A DNA stretch of 49,632 nt from the NCBI GenBank assembly GCA_049999805.1, contig JBNGIO010006289.1, positions 461,509-511,140 of the forward strand. Direction: 5' to 3'. Below, piece after piece: positions 1 to 9,500 of the stretch. The notes beneath the pieces are model-generated. The model searched no databases. It saw nothing but the letters and a program-made list of their open reading frames with translations, and had not been told where the DNA came from. The number at the start of each line of letters is the position of its first letter. The first letter of the stretch is position 1. Both the position numbers and the translations under genes were made by a program. The DNA is from Folioceros fuciformis. Lineage: Eukaryota.

Positions 1-2
1 GA

Positions 3-3000
3 GGTGGAGGTGCAGGAGGAGGAGGAGGACAGGGACAGGGGCAGGAGGAAGGAGGCGGGGGAGGACCGGCGGGCGCAGCACAAGCGGCCGCAGTCTCGCC
101 CTTTCCCGCCACTGCGGTGGCGGCATCCGCTGCTGCCGCCGCCGCATCGGAGGAGCCCAACGTGAAGGCGCTGCAGAAGCGCTACGATGCGCTCTTTGCG
201 GTGCGTAGCAAGGCGGTCAAGGGCAAGGGCGCCTGGTACTGGTCGCATCTCGAGCCGCTGCTCGTGCCGCATCCGGATACAGGCAATCCCAAGGCTGTGA
301 AGCTGCGCTGCTGCCTGTGCAGCGCTATGTTCTCCGCCTCCAACCCCTCCCGCACCGCCTCAGAGCATCTCAAGCGCGGGACCTGCCCGCATTTCAACGG
401 CCTCATCCCCAAGTCCGCTGCTGCTGCTGCTGCTGCCGCCTCTTCGCTGCCCCTCAAATCTGGCGCTTCTCCGGCTCCGCACCAGCAGCAGCTTCCGCTT
501 CCGGCTATCCAGCACCAACAGCAACACCAGAGGAAGCGACCCGCTCCGGGCTCATCAATTGCTGGAGGTGGCGGTGGAGGAGCAGCAGCAGGAGGACCGC
601 CCGGAGCTTCCCCATTGCAACAGCATCACCACCAACAGCAGCAACAACAACAACATCACCAGCAGCACCAGTCCCAGGGTACCCTGGCGTTAGCAGTGGT
701 GACGGAAGCCCCCGCTGTGCGCTCCACCAGCAGGGCTTCCATGCAGGAGGGAGACGTGGTGCGCGTCAGCCCCACTCCCCTAGTGCTGTCGGGCGGGAAG
801 GGCGACCTGGGTGCGCTGGCGCAGCTCGAGAAGAGCGTCAAGAAGCTCAAAAGCCCCGGAGGATGTGTCAAGACCGGCTCGGGCGGCCCAGCGGCCAGGC
901 AGCAGGCGGACGCGGCTCTCGACTTGCTCTCGGAATGGCTCTACGAGTCCTGCGGCACCGTCCCCTTCTCTTGCGTGGAACACCCCAAGTTCAAGGCTTT
1001 CCTGGCGCAGCTCGGTCTCCCTTCTCTCTCTCGCCGCGCGCTTCAAGGCGACCGGCTCGACGCTAAATTCGCGCAGGTCAAGGGAGAGTGCGAGGCCAAG
1101 CTCCGGGATGCCATGTTTTTCCAGCTCTCGGCCCACGGATGGCGCAGGCAGCAGCATCACCAGCTACACCTACAGCAACAGCAACAGCAGCTGCTCCAGC
1201 ACCACCACCGGCAGCAGCATCAACAACAACAACACGAGCAACAACAGCAACAGCATCCTTTGATGCTGCTGCTTCAGCAGCCGGAGCATCATCATGTTCA
1301 TGGTGCTCCTTCTGCTGCTGCTGCTGCTGCTGCTGGTGTTGGCGGTGGTTTGGGCCATGGGCATCATGGCGGTTATGGACAGGTTGACCTCTGGGGGCTT
1401 CATCAATATCAGCAGCAGGAGCAGGAACAAGAGCTACTTCTTCAACGGCACCAGCAGCAGCTGCTGCAACACGAAGAGGAAGGGGGAACAGGGACAGCAG
1501 GTGTGCAGGTGAGCCTCAATCTGCCCAACGGCGGGGCGGTGTTCCGGGGCGTGGTTCCATTGGCCGGAGCTGCCGGTACTGGCAGCGGCAGGAGCAGCAG
1601 CTGCAGTAGTGGCAGCGACAGCGACACCAGCAGTGGGACTGGCGCGTCGGCAGAAGCAGCGGCAGCTGAGGCCGGGGCAGTGCTGGAGGAGGCCATTATG
1701 CGACTGGGGTTGGCTGGGGAGCCGCCCGAGCGGTGCGTGGGCGTGGTGGCAGACGCCTGCAGCAAGGCTCGCCGACTGGCCCTGGCGGAGCTGGAGAATC
1801 GGCAGGCATGGATGGTGAACTTGGCGTGCCAGAACGCCGCTTTCCAGGGTCTCCTCAAGGACATGCACAAGCACCTCCAACTTCTCAGGGCTGTGGTCTG
1901 CAACTGTCTCCAGCTACATCTCTTTTTCACCAAGGATGCCGCCGCGCGGGCCGCGCTGCACAAGGACATGTCAATGCCAGTATCGTCGGCGGCGGCGGCG
2001 GCCGCGGCAGCTCCTGGCGGCGGGGCTGCCGCACCTCACCCGACCTTCCTTCTCCGCCTCTTGGATCAGGTGGCAGCCTCGGCGCAGGCACTGCAGCTGG
2101 CCGGCCTCGACGACCACCTCAAGCTCCACTGCGGGGGGGACAAGGAGAAGCAGGAGCTGCTGGCCCTCCTCCCGGCCTGCTCTCGCTTCTGGCACCAGCT
2201 GGAGTCCGCGCGGGCCCTGCTCCGCATTCTGCACGACATGTTGGCGGACATGGCGGCGGAGCGGCCCATGCTGTCCCAGTGCTTGCCCATGTGGGTGGAC
2301 CTGCGCGCCAAGGTGAAAGACTGGAGCGGGCGCTACGACCAGGACGAGGCGCCCGTGCACCTCCTCATCGACAAGCGCTTCCGAAAGAATTACCACCCGG
2401 CCTGGGCGGCCGCCTTCATCCTGGACCCGCTCTATCTGCTCCGCGACACCTCTGGGAAGTACCTCCCGCCGTTCAAGTACCTCACCCCGGAGCAGGAGCG
2501 CGACGTGGATCGCCTCATCACTCGCCTCGTCTCGCGGGACGAGGCGCATCTGGCCTTGCGGGAGCTTCTCATGTGGCGCACGGTCGGCCTCGACCCGCTC
2601 TACGCCCAGGCCGTCCAGGTGAAGGAGCGCGACCCGGGCAGCGGGCGCATGAAGCCCGTGAGTCCCCAGAGCCGGCGCCTGGTGTGGGAGACGTGCCTCA
2701 GCGACCTCAAGTCCCTGCGCAAAGTGGCCATCCGCCTCATCTTCCAGCACGCCACCTCCTCCTCAGTGGACTGCAATTGGCCGCTCTGGCGCTGGGCATT
2801 CCGGGGCTCCAACGCGTCGGAGAAGCTGGACAAGCTGGTGTTCATCGCAGCGCAGGCCCGGCTGGACCGGAGAGGGGACTTCCCGGCGGCCGGGTACCTG
2901 GATGGGGATGAGCAGGACGACGCAGCCATCTTCATCAATGGAGACGATGCCGCAGCCGCAGCCGCTGCGTCGGCCTCACCCTCAGCCGTCGACCACCACC

Positions 3001-3035
3001 ACCTCTTCTTCCCTTCCTCTTCCTCCGCCTTGTAA
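3..3035 (+). CDS. Domesticated hAT-transposase-like protein (At1g12380/At1g62870-like; BED-like zinc finger plus degenerate RNase H-like core), 5'-truncated, intronless in window
   Basis: Frame is open from base 3 (GGGAGG...) through the 972-aa ORF to TAA at 3035. Motifs KAVKGKGAWYWSHLEP, KLRCCLC..FSASNPSRTASEHLKRGTCP, RFRKNYHPAWAAAFILDPLYL and VAIRLIFQHATS match the plant At1g12380-like family as I recall it. Contains polyQ/H/A tracts. Confidence 0.85.
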   Translation, partial: GGGAGGGGGQGQGQEEGGGGGPAGAAQAAAVSPFPATAVAASAAAAAASEEPNVKALQKRYDALFAVRSKAVKGKGAWYWSHLEPLLVPHPDTGNPKAVKLRCCLCSAMFSASNPSRTASEHLKRGTCPHFNGLIPKSAAAAAAAASSLPLKSGASPAPHQQQLPLPAIQHQQQHQRKRPAPGSSIAGGGGGGAAAGGPPGASPLQQHHHQQQQQQQHHQQHQSQGTLALAVVTEAPAVRSTSRASMQEGDVVRVSPTPLVLSGGKGDLGALAQLEKSVKKLKSPGGCVKTGSGGPAARQQADAALDLLSEWLYESCGTVPFSCVEHPKFKAFLAQLGLPSLSRRALQGDRLDAKFAQVKGECEAKLRDAMFFQLSAHGWRRQQHHQLHLQQQQQQLLQHHHRQQHQQQQHEQQQQQHPLMLLLQQPEHHHVHGAPSAAAAAAAGVGGGLGHGHHGGYGQVDLWGLHQYQQQEQEQELLLQRHQQQLLQHEEEGGTGTAGVQVSLNLPNGGAVFRGVVPLAGAAGTGSGRSSSCSSGSDSDTSSGTGASAEAAAAEAGAVLEEAIMRLGLAGEPPERCVGVVADACSKARRLALAELENRQAWMVNLACQNAAFQGLLKDMHKHLQLLRAVVCNCLQLHLFFTKDAAARAALHKDMSMPVSSAAAAAAAAPGGGAAAPHPTFLLRLLDQVAASAQALQLAGLDDHLKLHCGGDKEKQELLALLPACSRFWHQLESARALLRILHDMLADMAAERPMLSQCLPMWVDLRAKVKDWSGRYDQDEAPVHLLIDKRFRKNYHPAWAAAFILDPLYLLRDTSGKYLPPFKYLTPEQERDVDRLITRLVSRDEAHLALRELLMWRTVGLDPLYAQAVQVKERDPGSGRMKPVSPQSRRLVWETCLSDLKSLRKVAIRLIFQHATSSSVDCNWPLWRWAFRGSNASEKLDKLVFIAAQARLDRRGDFPAAGYLDGDEQDDAAIFINGDDAAAAAAASASPSAVDHHHLFFPSSSSAL

Positions 3036-3138
3036 CATTTTTCCCCTTGTCAGTCTATCACGCAATTCTTTTCCCTTCCTTCTGCCTTCCTCCACCGCCA
3101 CCAGATACTGTCAGGAGCAGCAGGGAGCGAGGCGCGGA

Positions 3139-3198
3139 GCTCAGCTCAGCTCAGCTCAGCTCGGCTCGGCTCGGCTCGGCTCGGCTCGGCTCGGCTCG
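3139..3198 (+). repeat. Compound pentanucleotide microsatellite (GCTCA)4(GCTCG)8
   Basis: Read directly; lies about 100 bp after the stop of the hAT-like gene. Confidence 0.95.
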
Positions 3199-4416
3199 GG
3201 TCGCTCCATCATCGACTTGAGGTCATGGGAACGGGTGCGGTCGCAGCCTCAGGTTTGTCATGCTGGCATGCACGCTGCTCTTCTGGCCATGGGATGGAAG
3301 GATAGAAGCACGCAAGGAAGGACACTGGTACTCTAGCGGAGCTGCCGCTGCAAGTGGGCGCCGCCACCTCAAGGATGCCATTTTTTTTTTTTCATCTTCC
3401 CACTGCTCCGTCTTTCCCTTCCCGGTTCAAGCACAGGTCGTCGTCGCTGCTCTTGTCCTTTTTGTATTTGTTGTGGAGCTGACACGACATGCACGACAAG
3501 CAGGGTGGGCAAGCGCACCGCTCCCATCCTTGGCTCACTAGCAACCAAATTTTTGTTCTCGCCGACAAGTCACAGAGCATGTGTACAATCTTCCTCCTGC
3601 AGTGGATGTATTCTAAGCTGGCCCAATTTCATGGCCTTGGCTTTTTGGCATCTTTCAATAATTCAGTTGGCAGTGAATGCTGTTCGAGCATCTCTTCCCT
3701 TCAAACACCATTGCTGTGGTCATGTTCTTCTGGAACTGCACTGAAGAGGACTGCATTGCATGCTGTGTTTCATTTGTTCAAACTTGTTGCTGCTGTTGCT
3801 CCTGCTCCTGCTGCGTTTCTGCATCACAGGCACTGACTGTCTCCGCAACAGGACACCATCATTCTTCGCTCAGACTATCAGCTGAGCAAAGGTTGTTATT
3901 GGACACACCGCTTTTGTGGCAGACCGTGGCTACCTTGATATGCGCAGACTTGGATGCTGCACCTTTAGTGAAAGCGTACAACCACCCTCAACGTCACTTT
4001 GTTCTTGCCGTGCGTCCAGTTGCCTTTCTCATTTCCACAGCGCAGCCCAAAGTCCTCGTAAAGATGAGCCGCTCGTCGCTACGTACAGCACTGCGGTTGT
4101 GTAAGCGGCGTCGCACACCACGTACATCGTAAAGAGTATTTTTCAGGACATGACTGTTTCCTGGACCCTCCCAATAAAAGCCTTGCTACCGGATTGGCTG
4201 TTGTTGCACTCAATTTTATAGCCAGGATTTCGTCATCGTTCAGGGCAGCAGAAATGGAGACTTTTTTTTCCCTTTTTTTTCCTTCAAAAAAAAGAATAAA
4301 GGTGGTAACGATATTGTACCTACCACAAGCTTCACCACCTCCTCAGGACTTTGAGTTGTAGATCAGTTTTAGCCTTTGCAGAACATGTAGCTATTCCCTC
4401 CATGATCCCATTCATA

Positions 4417-4420
<4 letters not shown>

Positions 4421-4454
<34 letters not shown>
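4421..4454. repeat. (TA)17 microsatellite in AT-rich intergenic spacer
   Basis: Read directly; within an AT-rich block at about 4250-4900. Confidence 0.95.
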
Positions 4455-4456
<2 letters not shown>

Positions 4457-5083
4457 AGAACATTATAACTAGTGTAAACAGAGTTTCACTAATTTCTCGT
4501 ATTGAAGCTTTGGGTTTAACATACTGAAAATTTTGAGCTAGATTTTAGAATTAAAATACTTAAATCTAAAAATAAGGTTGAATAGGCAAGACAATCTTTG
4601 ACTCTCATAAGCTAGCCCATTAGTCTTATGGATAGTCTTATTTGTATATAGTTTTATAAGATCAATTTATCATTTTTTTGATCTTTTCTTTAATATATAA
4701 TTATATCATGCCCACATTAATTACACCTAGAATTAGAGATATAGTTCTATAAGTGTTTCACAACCAAGCACCTTCACATCAAATCATGTAGGCCACAACA
4801 AAAAAAATCTAATTTTTAAGAATAGGTGGAAGACTCCTTCTATGTATATTTCCTATTTTATAAATATATAAACAACGTTTAATAAATATTGATCAACAGT
4901 TTTGGAGAATAAGACGGTTGTTCGCGCGGATGCATGTTTATCCGGTATAGACGTTGCTGCCCTCGGTAGTGAAAGTTTTGTACTGTACTAGATTATATGA
5001 TTATAAAATGGTAAGCACAATACAAAGAGTACCTGCCAGGTAAGTAGATGAAGACTCGGTCAGAGCTCGAACAAAGGAATCAC

Positions 5084-6379
5084 TTAGTTAGTATCTGTGC
5101 GGGACCGGGGGGGAGTGGTGATTGAAGGAAATGGTTGCAACAATCCCTCGCGGAGACAGTAATCCAGTGCCACAGCGGCGAAAGCAATGGTTACCAAACT
5201 TTCCCCTCCATCAAGACATGCTTGTAGCACCTCACTTAATCCTTGGTCCGGGAAGCCCACCAAGGCCTGCGTCGTGTCCACTTGCGCGATACCTTCAAAA
5301 CCGACCACACCACACTTAGTCAGTCCCTGAGCGCACGACAGACACCATCTGGCCAGGAGTCGCGGGTGAGATTTGCTGACCTCGGACAAGGGCGAACGCG
5401 GCTGCAGCCCCGGCCTTGAGCTGAAAGTTGCCCAGATCTCGCCTCACGATGTATCGGTAACACACACCAAAGAGGGCGCAGCTGAAAAACACTCCCGCTA
5501 CCCCGACAATTCCGGACAGTCCTAAGTTCCTCTCCGACAAAAGGAAGGGGAGGCTTGCCACGCTTCCTACCAGAGACGACACAGTAGCTGCCTTGCCTGA
5601 CTCTATCCTTTCTGCATCCTCGTCCACAGTTGTATTTTCCCACTTCCCGTACATTTCCAGCGAGCTGTCGCCAGCTCGAGCAGACACCAGAGCTATGCTA
5701 GCTTCATATAATTCCTGCTCCGCATCCGCTACTTCGTCTCGATACTTGGCCACCTGAATCACCACAAGGATGCAAGTAGGCTTAGGATCCAGTTGGCCTC
5801 TCCACGACCGTAAGCAAGCGCTACGACTCACGGGACCTGAACTCATTCATCCCCAAACTGCAAACCACATCCTGGAAACAGCGGTCATACGGCAGAATCT
5901 GCAGCAGCTTGTTGCTCAGCATAACGTTCTATTTCGGCCCGCAGCTCCGCAATCTCTTGCTCTCTCTGCTTGTGCCTCTCCAGATCCGACTGTAGAGACG
6001 AAACTCTCGCTGCTGCTGCCGCCAAGTCCTTGAGTAATGCCTGTGACTCCTCGTCATTCAACACCTTTCCTGCCTCCGACTCCACATCCAATCCTTCCTT
6101 CCCTTCGTGCCATGTTCCCTTCTTTCCTACATTCTCGACGCCATCCTCGTCCAGTGGTCCAATTTCCTTGCCGCTGCTGGCATGAGCACAGGCGTCACGC
6201 TTGCTTCTCACAGCGGCCTCCTGCACCCCACTCGTCCTACGGAATGCGTGCCAGACCAATGTTGAGCCCAGTGCAGGGGCCATGACAACCTTCCAGCTGC
6301 TGTGGACCACTCCCTGGTGCTGCTGTGGTCCACATCTCTGGGAGAAGGCCAGGCGGGGTCCGCAACCCGCAGCAGCCAT
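5084..6379 (-). CDS. At4g24090-like ('homer protein') putative plastid membrane protein, 3 exons (6379-5891, 5753-5381, 5292-5084)
   Basis: ATG at 6379; GT-AG introns join three ORF pieces in phase. Motifs DEDAERIESGKAA, SCALFGVCYRYIVRRDLGNFQLKAGAAAAFALVRG and LDYCLREGLLQPFP. Has a transit-peptide-like N-terminus and a coiled coil. Confidence 0.8.
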
Positions 6380-6514
6380 AGCAGCTAACTTCTCTCATCT
6401 GGCTCAAAGCTTCAACCTGCACTGCACAGGTCCTTCAACCCTAAACTCAGGACGATCCCGCGCTTACAAGTTCAAAACTGGCATGATTGCGTAGCGGTGG
6501 CCAGACCGTCCTCA
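6380..6514. promoter_or_regulatory. Bidirectional promoter region (135 bp between divergent ATGs) with telo-box-like AACCCTAAAC at 6437-6446
   Basis: Divergent starts at 6379(-) and 6515(+); the element is a permutation of the plant telomere repeat. Confidence 0.5.
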
Positions 6515-9500
6515 ATGCTGCAGCTGCCGGAGACCGACGTCGTTTTGCTGCATTCCATTATCGACGACGAAACGTTCTTGCCTGTGTTGCTGCGTTGGAT
6601 TGATCCTCAGCGTCATGGACGGGCAGAGCTTTTACCCGACCCGACCTCCCTAGAGACTGAGGTACTATATGACACGCATCAGCAATCTGCGACGGCAAAC
6701 TGTCCTTCTCTGCTGAACGAGTGGATGGCCTGTTACAGGTGCTGTTTCACTCACCAATGAGGTCAGCTTCTGTGGACACGGCTGGAGGTTGGAAGGACAA
6801 GCTGAATAANNNNNNNNNNTCAGCTTCTGTGGACACGGCTGGAGGTTGGAAGGACAAGCTGAATAACACTTCTCCTCAGTCCTCAGCTTCTGTGGACACG
6901 GCTGGAGGTTGGAAGGACAAGTTGAATAACACTTCTCCTCAGTCCTTTGCGTTGTCTTTCCTGCATTACATGCGGGCACAGCTTCAGCCATATTTTTCTG
7001 GTCCTGACCAAGCCTCTGGAGATGCATTTCGCGGTTCTGGAAACAGGCCCAATGCAATGCTGAAGTCTCCTGGAATGCCAACCGAGTTCTGTCAGGCCAG
7101 CAGCGCGGCGGGGACGAATGGTCAGGTTGATCTCCGACTGGGAAAAACAGCTTCCTCGGATGCCTTTTTCGAGCACAGGGACGAACGCAGAAACGTAATG
7201 CCCAGAACGGGCCAGTACGAAGATGAGTTCCCCGTGCTTGGAGCGCCATGCTCTACCACCATACAACCAAGTGCACCGCAAGCATCAAAACAGGTTATTC
7301 GCGTTTTCTCTGTTATCAGGTCACGTCTCCTCCTCTGCCAAGACTGAGCATATGTATCTTCTTATTTCAGAAACGGAGAGTCACCCCTACTCACACGGCA
7401 GATCTGGCTGTGAGTAGCGCATTTGTTCTTGCAAAAGTGGAATTAGCTGCAGTCAATCATGGCCACGTTAAAGCGAAACGCTTGGGACCCAGAAATCTAG
7501 AAGTGGACATGGGAGTTCTTATGGAGCGATATGACAAAAACCGAAAGCCAAGGCGACGGGAGAAAGTTCGACGTGGTAAACAAAAGAGCCAGGTGCCTTT
7601 GGATGATGTCATACCATCTGAAATTATGGGACCTTCAAATGACGGGTCTTGGCAGAGGCAGCATGATTCTGATGAAGTTCCCCAGCCACCTGATGAGGGC
7701 TTATGTCCTGTACGAGATACTGGCTCTGAAAATGTTGCGACGAAGCATTCAGAATCCGGCACCTACCTCTCGGCGAGTATGCAGCTGTCTGGAGGCGGTT
7801 TTAAACATGATGTCAGCAATAGTCCTAGTCGTTCCCTCCCAGGAACGCTTCGCAGGTTGTCTACTGTGCATGCAACACTCATGGTCTCGAGAATGGTTCC
7901 ATCCTTGCTTGCGGAGCTTCAATTTCTGCTTCAGATTCTATATATAGTAGGGACACCCACTTGCAGTCACACCGAACAAACTGCTCACGGAAATAGAGTA
8001 TTTCATGATTCCGGTGAATGTCCTCCATATGCGTGTGCCGTCCTGGAGCAAGCTGGGCCTATCGTGGAGTATGGTACGTACCGGTGGAATGTTGGCAGTT
8101 TGTCCTTCAATGTATCCTTTCGTAACTGCATTCGTAATCTTCATGTTCTGTTGGTTGACGCACATTTTTGTTTCGTTGAACTATGGTGATGTAGTTGGTG
8201 AAGCCCTGCTTGCTGCACTGGTTGACGAGCCTGTAATATCCAAGCATACACCAGAACTACTTGCTCGTTTAAAGGCAGCCCTAATAGGTCAGCAGGCGAC
8301 ATCACTACGAAGTGACAAAGCATATGAACATGTTGTCCCAACTGATGCTGCTCACTCATCACCCCATATTCATCTGCATATGACGGCAATACCTGGATTG
8401 CCAGTCTCCATGCCTTTCCAGTCAGCTCGAGATTCCCGCCATAATTTTAAAACTCCTGTATGAAGATCTCCACGACAAAGTATTTCTCTGCTCTGTGCTT
8501 CTGCTTTAAATGTTGCTGTTATAATGTAGCCTCTTTGTGTGCAGAAGGAGATCAAGGTCTATAACAATCGTGAGCAATGTCGTGACCTCTTTTACTCCGT
8601 CATTCGAGAAGGTGCTGCAGCCTACAGTGCGTTTGGCTGTGGTGCGTATGAGTCAGAGGAACAAGCCTACTTGAAGATAGACGAGTGCTCCAAGCAGTTT
8701 CTCAAAGTCCTGCTACTTCAGAATTATTCATGGTTTGCAGGTTTCCTTCTTCAGATCCTCGATGATGATTATAATTCATAGTCTGTCCATTGATGGAAAC
8801 TCGATCTCGTATGATATTGTTTAGGCAGTGTAGAGCACTGTTTTAGTTGTCAACACTAAATGATCTTCCTTCTGTCTTGTCACTGTGGGATTTGTTCAAT
8901 GCACTGCAGATTTCTTTCTGGAGCAAGTTTTGCAGGTAGGCATTTTTTCGTGTGAGGTCACGGTTTTAAGATTGCTTAAGTTGCAGTTTGTACTGACTGA
9001 CTCGATCGTAATCCTCCAGGTTTATCTGTGTGGAGATGCAGATCCAGTTGTAGTGGGTTTGGCCCATCAAGACCAAGTGAAGCTGCAGAAGCTCCATGAT
9101 AGGTTAACAGGAACATCCGGGTGCACTGGTTCAGCCCGAACTCAAAAGCAACATGTCTCTGGCAATGGAAACGGCGATGTCCGGCTTGAATTGTCCCCAA
9201 GTAGTCCCTGGAGTCAAGTAAAGAATATTCAATCCACTAATTTAAAGAGAGGGAATAATCTTGCAAGTTTGCAAGTCATGCATCAGGAAAGAGCAGCTCT
9301 CTCCAAAGAGCGTAAGGACTTTCGCGACAACCTGAGAGGCAGGTTTTCGAGTTTTTTCCCTCAATCTTTGTGGGTATACATATGGTTCTTGGAAGTCAAT
9401 GACAGCCATCGGTTGAATGCCCATCTTATATGGAGCATAACTCACAAGATCTCCAACTTAACAGAGTAAGTTCTACAATCAGAAGGGGAAGGAAAATGGG

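Noticed and set aside
182-2938. Many overlapping alternative-frame and antisense ORFs (e.g. 1733-2911, 1971-2750)
   Set aside because: Shadow ORFs of a GC-rich, low-complexity CDS with no recognisable motifs.
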